Program-made: the position numbers and the translations under genes
NCBI RefSeq assembly: GCF_028641065.1
Contig: NC_073380.1
Location: forward strand, 60,760,001-60,824,000
Origin: Leucoraja erinacea
Taxonomy: Eukaryota
Length of the DNA stretch: 64,000 nt
Reading direction: 5' to 3'
Shown here: positions 40,268-52,319 of the stretch, piece after piece
Position numbering within the stretch: the first letter of the stretch is position 1
Layout: each line of letters starts with the position of its first letter
Notes under the pieces: model-generated
Told to the model about the DNA's origin: nothing
Databases searched by the model: none
What the model saw: the letters and a program-made list of their open reading frames with translations, nothing else

Positions 40268-42647
40268 AAACATAGAAACATAGAAATTAGGTGCAGGAGT
40301 AGGCCATTCGGCCCTTCGAGCCTGCACCGCCATTCAATATGATCATGGCTGATCATCCAACTCAGTATCCCGTTCCTGCCTTCTCCCCATACCCCCTGAT
40401 CCCCTTAGCCACATCTAACTCCCTCTTAAATATAGCCAATTAACTGGCCTCAACTACCCTCTGTGGCAGGGAGTTCCAGAGATTCACCACTCTCTGTGTG
40501 AAAAAAGTTCTTCTCATCTCGGTTTTAAAGGATTTCCCCCTTATCCTTAAGCTGTGACCCCTTGTCCTGGACTTCCCCAACATCGGGAACAATCTTCCTG
40601 CATCTAGCCTGTCCAACCCCTTAAGTATTTTGTAAGTTTCTATTAGATCCCCTCTCAATCTCCTAAATTCTAGAGAGTATAAACCAAGTCTATCCAGTCT
40701 TTCTTCATAAGACGGTCCTGACATCCCAGGAATCAGTCTGGTGAACCTTCTCTGCACTCCCTCTATGGCAATAATGTCCTTCCTCAGATTTGGTGACCAA
40801 AACTGTACGCAATACTCCAGGTGTGGTCTCACCAAGACCCTGTACAACTGCAGTAGAACCTCCCTGCTCCTATACTCAAATTCTTTTGCGATGAAAGCTA
40901 ACATACCATTCGCTTTCTTTACTGCCTGCTGCACCTGCATGCCTACCTTCAATGACTGGTGTACCATGACACCCAGGTCTCGCTGCATCTCCCCCTTTCC
41001 CAATCGGCCACCATTTAGATAATAGTCTGCTTTCCCGTTTTTGCCACCAAAATGGATAACCTCACATTTATCCACATTATACTGCATCTGCCAAACATTT
41101 GCCCACTCACCCAGCCTATCCAAGTCACCTTGCAGTCTCCTAGCATCCTCCTCACAGCTAACACTGCCCCCCAGCTTAGTGTCATCCGCAAACTTGGAGA
41201 TATTGCCTTCAATTCCCTCATCCAGATCATTAATATATATTGTAAATAGCTGGGGTCCCAGCACTGAGCCTTGCGGTACCCCACTAGTCACTGCCTGCCA
41301 TTGTGAAAAGGACCCGTTTACTCCTACTCTTTGCTTCCTGTTTGTATACTAATCTCTTATGTGGGACCTTGTCAAAAGCGTTCTGGAAGTCCAGATACGC
41401 CACATCCACTGGTTCTCCCCTATCCACACTACTAGTTACATCCTCGAAAAATTCTATGAGATTCGTCAGACATGATTTACCTTTCGTAAATCCATGCTGA
41501 CTTTGTCCAATGATTTCACCACTTTCCAAATGTGCTGCTATCCCTTCTTTAATAACTGACTCTAGCAGTTTCCCCACTACCGATGTTAGACTAACTGGTC
41601 TGTAATTCCCCGTTTTCTCTCTCCCTCCCTTCTTAAAAAGTGGGGTTACATTTGCTACCCGCCAATCCTCAGGAACTACTCCAGAATCTAAAGAGTTTTG
41701 AAAGATTATTACTAATGCATCCACTATTTCTGGAGCTACTTCCTTAAGTACTCTGGGATGCAGCCTATCTGGCCCTGGGGATTTATCGGCCTTTAATCCA
41801 TTCAATTTCCCCAACACCACTTATTCAATTGGTCCGCCATATCCTTGTTCCCCATGATCAACTCACCTGTTTCTGACTGCAAGGGACCTACATTTGTTTT
41901 AACTAATCTCTTTCTTTTCACATATCTATAAAAACTTTTGCAGTCAGTTTTTATGTTCCCTGCCAGTTTTCTTTCATAATCTATTTTTCCTTTCCTAATT
42001 AAGCCCTTTGTCCTCCTCTGCTGGTCTCTGAATTTCTCCCAGTCCTCCGGTATGCTGCTTTTTCTGGCTAATTTGTACGCATCATCCTTCGCTTTGATAC
42101 TATCCCTGATTTCCCTTGTTATCCACGGATGTACTACCTTCCCTGATTTATTCTTTTGCCAAACTGGGATGAACAATTTTTGTAGTTCATCCATGCAGTC
42201 TTTAAATGTCTTCCATTGCATATCCACCGTCAACCCTCTTAGAATTAATTGCCAGTCAATCTTGGCCAATTCACGTCTCATACCCTCAAAGTTACCTTTC
42301 TTTAAGTCCAGAACCATTGTTTCTGAATTAACAATGTCACTATCCATCCTAATGAAGAACTCAACCATATTATGGTCACTCTTGCCCAAGGGGGCACGTA
42401 CAACAAGATTGCTAACTAACCCTTCCTCATTACTCAATACCCAGTCTAAAATAGCCTGCTCTCTCGTTGGTCCCTCTACATGTTGATTTAGATAACTATC
42501 CCGCATACATTCCAAGAAATCCTCTTCCTCAGCACCCCTGCCAATTTGATTCACCCAATCTATATGTAGATTGAAGTCACCCATTATAACTGTTTTGCCT
42601 TTGTCGCACGCATTTCTAATTTCCTGTTTGATACCATCTCCAACTTT
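40268..42647 (-). mobile_element. Young CR1 LINE with internal deletions (endonuclease C-terminus plus RT)
   Basis: MGDFNL, ILDWVL, LGKSDHN APE motifs and RT motifs; tail tttctatgtttctatg. Confidence 0.93.
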
Positions 42648-42724
42648 GGAGGTAGAGGATATGGCTGGTCTTTACCAAAGAAGTCTGCTCAAACACCTGC
42701 TATATTACTTCAATAGGGAGCTTT

Positions 42725-43908
42725 TCTGGAAGAAGGAATGGGTGACGTTTCGAGTCGAGACCCTTAGTCTGAAGAAGGGTCTCGACTTGAAACGGCACCC
42801 ATTCCTTTTCTCCAAAGATGCTGCCTGTGAGTTACTCCAACTTTTGTGTGTATTTTCAGTTTAAACCAGTACAGGTGCACAACCTTTTATCCGGTGTTCC
42901 GGAAACCGAAAAACTCCGAAAACCGGCCATTTTTTCCAGGATGTCGTCTGCACACCAAAGCTCGCGTTTGGCGCCAAACTTGACCCGAAACGACCCACGG
43001 TCAACCCAGGTCTGTACTACTGTAGCGGCTGCCTCCTCCCCGGAGACTGGGGAGACACTTAAACATCTGTAAATCATTGCTTAAATGTTAGTCAGTTAGT
43101 TTGGAGGGCTTTTATGTGAATGGGGGGTTGAAGGGGTAAACTTTAATTCTTAGTCCCCTACCTGGTCGGAGAGACGGGGAGTGGTCAATGCCTTACCGGG
43201 CGCCATGCAGTAAGCTCCGCAGCGCTGTGGGCGGTGGGGCTGCGGGCGGCGCCGGTTGTAGCTCTGACCCCGGCAACTCTACCCCTGGCTGCGAGGCGCT
43301 CCAAATCCAGCGCCGCCCGCGGCCGGACGCCCCCCACCCGAGCTCCGCAAATGTTGGGAGTCGGCAGCGTCGCAGCGCTGGGATACCAGCGGGAAGTGGG
43401 CAATGCCTTACCGGTTCGCCATGCGGTAAGCTCCAGGGCGCGGAGGCCGCCTTCTCCCAATATTCGCGGAGCTGGGGTGGGGGGCGTCCGACCGCGGGCG
43501 GCGCTGGATTTGGAGCGCCTCGTAGCCAGGGGTAGAGTTGCCGGGGTCGGAGCTCCAACAGGCGCCGCCCGCGGCCGGACAGAGCCCCCAGCTCCGCGAT
43601 GTTGGGAGTCGCCGACCAGGTAGGGGACTAAGAATTAAAGTTTCCCCCTTCACCCACCACCACATAAAATCCCTCCAAACTAACTGACTAACATTTATGC
43701 AATGATTTGCAATGATTTACAATGATTCCCCGGTCTCCGGGGAGGAGGCAGTCGCTCCAGACTTTTCAAGCCGCCCGCGCTACCTACCTAATCTACGCTA
43801 AAAATCTTCCATTCGGAAATCGGAAAATGTCCGAAATCCGACAAGTGTCTGGTCCCAAGGCTTTCGGATAAAAGGTTGTGCACCTGTATTTGCAATTCCT
43901 TCCTACAT
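42725..43908. mobile_element. Penelope-derived hairpin element (42725-42871, resuming 43887-43908) interrupted by a TIR element
   Basis: gaaggaatgggtgacgtttcgagtcgagaccctt / agtCTGAAGAagggtctcgacttGAAAcggcacccattcctt inverted pair; 3' end ttaaaccag|ta|tttgcaattccttcctaca is split by the insertion. Confidence 0.7.
42872..43886. mobile_element. Non-autonomous Tc1/mariner-pogo-type element B with GC-rich foldback interior
   Basis: Same TIRs and TA flanks as 38047-39391; internal inverted repeats ~43030-43170 vs ~43612-43752 and ~43262-43360 vs ~43453-43552. Confidence 0.87.
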
Positions 43909-45344
43909 ATTACTTCCTTAATTTCATGAAGACAACAAGACCTAAACTCTTCTATAAATGCCCTTCTTAAATGCTAATTATTTTGCAGTAAATGTTTTAA
44001 TATTTTATTCCTTAGGCAAATGTTCATTTTCTTGATTGTGCTTCAGTTCATTTGCTCAGTTGCAAAAGTGCAACTTTCAAGTTCCTGTCTCCACTGTATT
44101 TTCTCTATTTTTTTTCTTCAGTTTTTCTATTTTGGAAAAATAATTAACTACCTATATTTAGAATTCTGCCACTTTCTCCCCCCGCAGTGTTTGGACGACT
44201 CATTCATAATTTCAGTCCTCCTATATTGCCTTTCAAATGGAAAAGATAATTTAACATAAAAAATTAATATCTGTAATTATTTTCTTGGGGAAAGCAGGAG
44301 GAGACCAATACTTAACCAAACCCACAAGTCCATAATTATGAATAAAATGACCGCTGACAATGTGGCAAATCTTTGTGATCATATTTTAAAACTGAGAAAC
44401 ATTCTGTAACAAGAAATATTTTAACTGCAGGATTGGACTCCATAATGGCCTAGTGAGTAAAAGGATTGTGTAAGTTTGCACTAAAACAATTGCAACAGAG
44501 GATCCTAAGTCTGATTTATAATAAAAATTCCCTACTTGTGGGGCCAACATTAAAGGCCTAGATTTCTATTCCTGGCTACTATTCAGAAACCTCAGAATTG
44601 CACCCATATAAAAGAGGTGGAAAATAGCAACAGATTTAAATGTTTAAGTTTTGTTGTTTAAACTATTAAGTTTAATTAAACTTGTGGGTGAGCCATAACA
44701 GGAAATACAATTTCTGTAGCTGGCACATAACCACATGAATGAACTTAATGTCGTAATTATTTGTTGGGATCAGAAGGAAATTGAACTCTATGACACTATA
44801 TTTTAGTCTGAAAATACTAAATGTGCTAAGCCATTGTCACCCAATTTCATGCAAAATGGACAATATTCTAAACAAAAGACAAACTGCTGGTGGTATTCAG
44901 CAGGTCAGGCAGCATGTGTCGTGAAATGGACGGACTTCTAATGCCAAAATACATGTCTAGTTATTCTAATCCAGAGACCTAACAAAATGTTTGTATTACT
45001 TATATAATTGAACTTTGAAGGATTGTTTACATAAAACAACAAAGATTGACAGATTTAGTTAACTAACATTATAGGTAAAAAAGTACAAGTAATAGAGCAG
45101 CTTTTAAGGATGTCCAGTTCTCAATATTGTATTTACAAAACACATCAATGAAGTTTACGTAGAGAGACTCTAAATTCATTTCTATTGAATGGAATTGAAT
45201 AAATAAAACAATCAAATCTTAAGCAATTATTGGTTCATGTTCTATCCTACTACTTACGAAGCTAATTTTACATGAACGTTATGTAAAACGCCCACAAATA
45301 AGTTTTGGAAATCTTCAAAAGAAATGTAATTGTGGCTCCGAGAT

Positions 45345-46420
45345 GTTACATCTAAGATGTTCTCATTCCTTAGAAATGGGGGTTCCCCTCTTCCATCATA
45401 GATGTGTCTCCTCGGCATCCCGCAGCTCCACTCTTGCTCTCCCTCTCCCAGTCACAACAGGGAAGGAGCCCCCCCCCCACCCCCACCCCAGTCCTCACCT
45501 TTCAGCCGTCGTATACAGCACATAATCCTCTGATATTTTCGCCATCTCCAACAGGATCCCACCACTAACCATATCTTCCCATCTCCACCCCTTTCCACTT
45601 TCTGCAGAGACCGTTCCCACCGCAACTCCCTGGTTAACTCATCACTACCCACCCAAACCACCCCCTCCCCAGGTACTTTCCCCTTCAATCGCAGGAGAAA
45701 CAACACCTGTCCCTATCCCTCGACTCCGTCCAAGGACCCGACAGTCCTTTCAGGAGAGGCGGAGGTTCACTTGCACATACTCCAACCTCATCTACTGTAT
45801 CCGCTGTTCCAGGTGTGGACTCCAATATATCAGCGAGACCAAGCTCAGTCTCAGCGATTGTTTCACTGAACAACTCCGTTCAGTACGCCTAGGACTACGC
45901 GATCTCCCGGTTGCTGAACACTTTAACTCCTCCTCCCATTCCCATATTGACCTTTCTGTCCTGGGCCTCCTCCATTGTCAGAGTGAGGCCCAACGCAAAT
46001 TGGAAGAAACAGCACCTCACATTTCGCTTTGGCAATTTACATCTCAGCCGTATGAATTTCGGTTTTCTAACTTCAAGTAATTGCTTTTCCTCTCTCTCCG
46101 TCCCCCTCCCCCATCCTAGTTCTCCGACTAGTTTCACTGTCCTTCTGATTAATTTTACTGATTGTATGCCTCCTTGTCACTTTCCCCTCAGCTAATGAAG
46201 AACCATCCCACATTTCCTTATTTTCATCTGCTTTGATCTCTCGTTTTCACACTACACCCGCCATATCTCTAGACTCCCTCTCCTGACTCTGAAGAACGGT
46301 CTCGACCCAAAACGTCATCTATTCCTTCTCTCCAGAGATGCTGCCTGTCCCGCCGAGTTACTCCATCGTTTTGTGTCTATCTTTGGTGTATACCAGCATC
46401 TGCAGTTGCTTCCTACACAC
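45345..46420 (+). mobile_element. Penelope-like element (Neptune-type) 3' portion: GIY-YIG endonuclease plus pLTR with hammerhead-like motif
   Basis: From ~45766: FTCTYSNLIYCIRCSRCGLQYISETK...PVAEHFNS...QHLTFRFG..MNFGFSNFK* (frameshifted). Upstream AFCRDRSHRNSLV linker. CTGAAGAacggtctcgacccaaaacgtc at 46289-46316. Confidence 0.85.
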
Positions 46421-46985
46421 AATTGGGGCTTAAATGCATTTCAGTTAATCTTCTGTCCTCGTTGGCAAATGATGGTCGTATATTTGAGCCGGCAATGCAT
46501 TTAATCAAATACAAATAACCCAGATATATTAAACTCCTGAATCTGTCCCTTGGTCTATCAAATGTCAATATTTTCCAATATGGTCAAAATGCTGCAATAC
46601 TATTATGCTGGTCTTCCATCCTGATGCTTTGCACATAACATAATTTAATTAGATCAACTAACTAAGATTAATTAACTTGCAGGCTTCAACACATCATGGC
46701 AGTGATTGCCAAAAGTGAACTAGCTTCACTCATGCTAAATATACAGTTAAATAGTGTTGCAGCCCTGCAGCAAATCTATTTCAACTCTTAAAATGAATGT
46801 GGATTGTAAATGGACCAGGAGGCGTTTCAAGAAGTAAAAAGAAAACCAATAAGAAATATATTAGTATATATTAGTATATATTTCCAAGCATTTACTTCAA
46901 ATTTCTACTTTTGTTTCCTTTTTCATGGCAACAAGTTAACTCCACACCATAATGATAAATTGATATGAAAAAGATAACTTCTCAC

Positions 46986-49593
46986 CCATTAAAGTTGCAA
47001 GAAGACAGAGGGATGACATTTCAAGATCAATATGGTCTTGCACATCCTTAACAGATGCTTGACCAGATGCTTCATCTTCTTCAGCTTTCCAGGAACAAGC
47101 CACTGATGTTGAACAAGCAGGCACAGATTCCTTGTTGTCCTTCATGATCTCCACAGATACACGATCACCATGTTGTAGGGGCAAAGCCTCGTTCTCAAAT
47201 CCCACCTTGGGACGATGCAGTTCCTTTGGAGGAAAGCCATACCGTATGCATTGCAAATGTAGAGGAAGCTTAAATTCTTTTGCTATACTTTCTTGAAATT
47301 CAGAAAAAGTTACTGATACTTGAAGAGTTAGTGTTGCCTGTCTCCCATCACTAGTGGTTACTCTAATTTTTTTCTCCTTTGTAGGTACTGGGGAGAAAGG
47401 GGACTTAGTGGGAGTAACTGGGGCAGATGATGAACCATCTTTCACAATTCCAGGAACAGATGGCTGGCCTGGTCCTTTCAGTTCCTGGCGCAATTTGTCG
47501 GTTTTCCGCTTTTGCGAAAGTGCTGCATTGTCAATAATATTCTGCTGAATACTTCGTTCAGTTTTACTCATGTTCAATTCTTCTTTGTGCAGAGTCTTTG
47601 ATTTCTGACCCATTAAAATAATTTTGGTAGGCATATGTGGTTCTGTGGTTGGTTCATCTTGCATGTCTCCAACTCTCTGACTATGTGCACCTTCGACTGT
47701 GACAGGTGTATATTCATCGGGATTCTTTTTGGCTGTATGATGTAATATTCTGCTAACAACTTTCTGAATCAAAATTTCACTTCCAAATTCACCTGGAAAA
47801 TGTTTGGTGACAAGCTTCATAGCAACATCATAAACATTGCTGTTTAGAGCCACTTCACTTTCATACTGAAACCAATACACAGTTTCTCGCACCACCCTTC
47901 CACTCCATTCCAAAGTTATTGGAAATGCTTCAGGTAAGTTATCGTATTCCTTTTCTTCCCAGTAATGCTTGTAACCACAACCACATTTGCCTCCAGCAGA
48001 TCTAGAGTTAGTTCGATCTCCATCTATATACACAACCGAACCATCTCCTTTAACATGGCGCATCGATGTACCATGACACCAGTTGCAAGATGTTAAGTGA
48101 CTCAAATTATAATCTGGGACCAATACATCATCTTTTGGGTCATAGGAACATACAAGATGGTTAACAGGAAAGCTGTAATTTTTGTCTGGCTTCAGTTGAC
48201 CATGCGTGCTTGCAGCTAAATTGTATAGCTTTCCGCCTGGAACCAACCATTCTGTAGGCACGTGAAGTTCTGAAAGAGCACCGCAAATCAAACATTTCTG
48301 CAAACGATTTTCAGTTACAGCTTTCTTTGCAGCTTCAGTTACATCTTCAGGTTGTATTCCAATTACCCCTGTCCTTCTGTATATATACTGATGAACATCT
48401 GCTACCAGTGAAGGGTGGATGTCATGTTTCTTCAAGAAAATTTCTTCCATTGCAGTAACTAATCTCTGCAAGTACTTATCTTGCAAACTTCGGTCGCCTC
48501 CTAATGTACAACTGTCATCTTCAAACAGAATGTACTTTCGAATAAGCTCTTGTGGAACACCCCAGGCTTTAGGCAATAGTTTCAAAGGAAGCATAGGTAA
48601 AGGACCCCTTTTAATTCCAACCAAAGGTATATAATGGTTGCGTCCTAAACTGCTCCATGCAATACAAATAGGTTTATTAAGCTGTCCATCCTTTCCCTGA
48701 CATTTTTCTTCAGGAACTAATCCTGGAAGAAAAGTAGCCGAATAATCTCCACAACTTCTCATTCCACTCAGGGAATCTAATAAAATAATTGGGCGGTGTA
48801 ATACATTTGCTAAACCAAATATATGGATGTTACGTAGACCCAAAGGAACTCCTTCAGGTGGTATAAACAAAGGATCACATTCGTTAATTATATCCTCCCA
48901 TTCTGCTGCATCAATGAAGTCATGGAACAATGCTTTGTAACGATCCAGGTTTAATTTAAAGTGCTGTTTGAGATTTTCACGCAGGGCATGCCAAAAAAGC
49001 TCTCTACCCACCAAGGCCCTAGACACAGCGTGAACTAAACAATGGCCATCACCATCAACATGAACAGGAATTAAACATTCTTGATTACTATTGGCCTTCT
49101 TGATTTCTTCTAGGGTATCATGGAGGTATAACAAACTCCCTGAGCGATCTTTACCATAGCCCATAGTTCCAATGTGCTCTGGATCAATAAGGAAAGCCCT
49201 GTCACCCAACAAGGCACAATCAAACATTTCCCCTTGGTTCATCTCTCCGAGGAGCTTGGCCTTCCCAGTTTGCTTATCCATGCCATACCGGGTGAGGATA
49301 GGAGACAGCAGCTTACAATGGTAGTTGGACAACCCCATTACTTTCACCATTTCCGTGCCCTTTTTGGGGGCCGTGACTCCCAGCAGAGCATTCCTTAGCA
49401 GGTTATGCAGCACCACGTCAGGGTCGGTGACTTCCTCTACCTTGAGCAGATTTCTTTGTTCATGGCGTTGGCCGCATTCGGTGCATTCTATACTGACTCC
49501 ATAGGCTGGGAAAAACAGCCGAGCCTGGCATTTAGGATCCGGACACGTACCCGATAGAATACGTCTGTCTTTTTTCTTAGACCCCTGCAGCAT
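46986..49593 (-). CDS. VCPIP1: VCPIP1 coding exon 1 (OTU deubiquitinase domain, Cys-rich segments, UBX-like domain)
   Basis: 885-aa ORF matches vertebrate VCPIP1 as recalled (DRRILSGTCPDPKCQARLFFP; catalytic VDGDGHCLVHAVSRAL; WSSLGRNHYIPL; KIRVTTSDGRQ..YGFPPKEL). ATG at 49593-49591. Similarity ends at LCLLATLM-G followed by a phase-1 donor G|GTGAG at 46985. Confidence 0.97.
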
Positions 49594-49599
49594 TGTCTC

Positions 49600-50600
49600 A
49601 TTTATTAATCCAGGTTACAAATGAAATCGGTCCATATATTGTTTTGTAATCGCCACTGCTCACAGTGTCATGGTCAGTCGACAACAAGACAGGCCGTTTC
49701 TGTCAGTGATATTCTTCACTGGGAGGCGAAACACGGAAGTACTCGGCTTCTTTCTCTTTCTCCCTGCACTCAGTTTCCGTTATCAAACGAAACGAAACAA
49801 GTCTCCTTTATTGAAGCCAAGAAGAGACAGCGGCGAGTCGGCTCTGGTATCGAGTGCGCTTGCGCCGGTGGCGCACGGTGGCTGACGGGTATTGTAGTTT
49901 GAATAGCTCCCCCCCACCACCACTGCCTTTGGTAATACGCATAAAATGGAGGAGGTAGAACTACAATTCCCGGAGGACATCGCACCGACCACAAGCCCGT
50001 CCAACCAGATCTGCAATGGACCCCAACTTTATTTCATTTTATCGTCCATCGAGCTGGACACTCGGACAAACGAAAGGTGTGTTGGGAGGAGAGGTGGTGG
50101 TTATGTCATATTCGGGGTTTTTTTGTATGTTGGTTTTTGAAAATCAGCTTTGATAGGAAGTGTGCTGCTCCTGATCATGTGACTTGATGGCCCAGTGGAA
50201 ATTATTTATATTTTTTTAAACCCCCCCCTGCCCCTCCTCCTCCCTTCCTTCACTCCCTCCTTCTCGCCCGAGAAGTTTCACTTTGGGACACGATGCGCTC
50301 CGTTTGCATCACTGTGGCCTTTCAAATGTGTTTTTTCCTCTTGGCGGCGAGGCCGTGAACGCGGTGGTTCGGCCGTTTAGAACAAACTGGCGGCCCGGCT
50401 GCGTGGTTACTAAGGAACATCGATGCCTTAGTTACCCGCCATTGTCCTGCTTTGATGATGTGTAACTTTTTTTTAATCTATAACCGGCGTGCCTGCGAAA
50501 TAATGGCCAGTGAGTGGCAAGCACAAGTGACTGCTTTCTGCTGCGATTTGTGGTAGCGACTTTGTACCACCGGTATTTGGAGGTTGGCTGTGTGTGGCTT
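49600..50600. promoter_or_regulatory. CpG-rich, probably bidirectional promoter of VCPIP1
   Basis: High local CpG upstream of the ATG. Two oppositely oriented ACTACAnnnCCC (ZNF143-associated) motifs at 49887-49898 (-) and 49960-49971 (+). ETS-like CGGAAGT ~49734, NRF1-like TGCGCTTGCGC ~49855, YY1-like CCGCCAT ~50436. Confidence 0.7.
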
Positions 50601-50634
50601 ATAACGCACAGGTAGATCTACCAACAAAACGCCA

Positions 50635-51066
50635 AGTGTAGGAAGGAAAGGCAGATGCTGGTTTACACAAAGATATACGCAAAATGCTGGACACCACATT
50701 CCTTCTCTCCAGAGATGCTGCCTGTCCCGCTGAGTTACTCCAGCATTTTGTATCTTGAGTTACTCCAACAAAACGTATCTTGACGTATAATCACCATCAC
50801 TGGTTGTCGCATACGTTAGGAGGGTTATGTGCAAAGTCGCAATTAAATATTAAAGTGGGCCTTGGAAGTCAACGGGTAACAACAAGGAACGGCAAATGCT
50901 GGTTTACCAAAGAAAGATACAAAATAAAGCGTGCTGGAGTGATTCAGCTAGTCAGGCAACATCTCTGGAAAACATGGATAGGTGACCTTTTGGGTCGGCA
51001 CCCTTCACCATGTTCTCCAGAGATGGTGCCTGACCCGCTGAGTTTCTCCAGCATTTTATGTTTATC
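50635..51066. mobile_element. Two degenerate Penelope-derived short elements
   Basis: Shared ttctccagagatgctgcctgtcccgctgagttactccagcatttt module, each preceded by the inverted end cagatgctggttta; hammerhead core deleted. Confidence 0.6.
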
Positions 51067-51502
51067 TTTAATAAAACGTTGAAGGTAGTCAACTCTCAAA
51101 TATAGTAGTGGCTGGAGCAAAGATTTACCAAATATTACATAATTTAATTCTTAAAGGTATATTCACACTTTTATTTCTGTAGAACATCATGTCTATGCTG
51201 GCTCACAGCAGAACCATTTTGCCCCTAAGGTTCTCCCCCATCTCCAATAAACTACCATTGAACCTATAAGTTTCTCCCCCATTTATATTCTTTCCCATTC
51301 CCAACTGTTCTATCACATACCCTACACAAGACAATTTACAGTGGCTGGTTCGCCCATGAATCTGCCCATAGAGCTATACAATGCTGAAAGATGCGCTTCG
51401 GCCCACCTTGTCTATGCTTGCCTAGCTGTCATACTATACTAGTTCCATTTGCCTGCATGTGGCCCTTTGACTTCTAAACCCTTATCCATATATCTGTCCA
51501 AA

Positions 51503-52022
51503 TCTATATACTTTTAAAACTGTGTGGATGCATGTCATTTTGCCTTTGACATTTTGCCTTTGATTCGTCACTCCACGAAAACCAGATGCGAAAACGCTGA
51601 GATTTTTACCATTTCGCTAGCGATTTTACTTCTACATTCGCAAATCCACTCATTAAATTTAGTCGTTTTTCTGTACCCATTTTTAATAAAATCCTTCACC
51701 CCCCCCCAGTCATTTTTTCGCCTCCCACTGGCCACCTTCTCATCACGTGCCCTGCGCGACGATAACGTCTGCTGCCGCCTGGCTCTCCTCCTCTTCCCCG
51801 CCACCCCCCCCTCCCCTCCCCGTTCTCGGGGTCTGAAGCGCTGAGGATGGGAGGCCATGGAGCTGAGGCTCACTCTTCTCCCTTCCTTCTTAATATAATA
51901 TCAATGGGGGTGGTTAGTGTCTGTGAGAGGTTGGTTAGTGTGTGTGTGACGCCTCAGGCCGCCCCCTCCCCTCGCAACCGCGTGTTGCGGGAACAGACCC
52001 AACGGGTCTGCACTTGGTCTAG
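51503..52022 (+). mobile_element. Non-autonomous Helitron-like element
   Basis: 5' TCTATATAC; 3' hairpin cagaccc-aac-gggtctg, 8 nt spacer, then CTAG; inserted between A and T (gtccaaa|tatctttt) with no TSD. Confidence 0.75.
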
Positions 52023-52319
52023 TATCTTTTAAAAGTTACAATTTTATCCGCTCCTATAGCTTCCTCTGACAGTTCATTCCAGATTCTGACTGGAAAATGT
52101 TGCCCCTGAGGTCCCTCTTAAATCTCTCCGTTTCACCTTAAATCCATAACATGGCATACCTACTTTTATACTTCATACTTCCCAAATTAAGGCAAGCATG
52201 CCCAACACCTTCCAAAGCACTCTGCCCCCTGACTCGCTACTTTCAGAGAACCATTGTTAACTACACTATTAGTAAATCTGTTAACTGTATTAACCACATT
52301 TTTATTCAAATCATTAATG

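Noticed and set aside
43185-43665. Overlapping Ala/Arg/Pro-rich ORFs
   Set aside because: Stop-poor GC-rich TE interior with no recognisable domain.
46936-46985. C-terminal extension of the 885-aa ORF (EKLSFSYQFIIMVWS)
   Set aside because: Intronic read-through past the GTGAG donor; similarity continues in exon 2.
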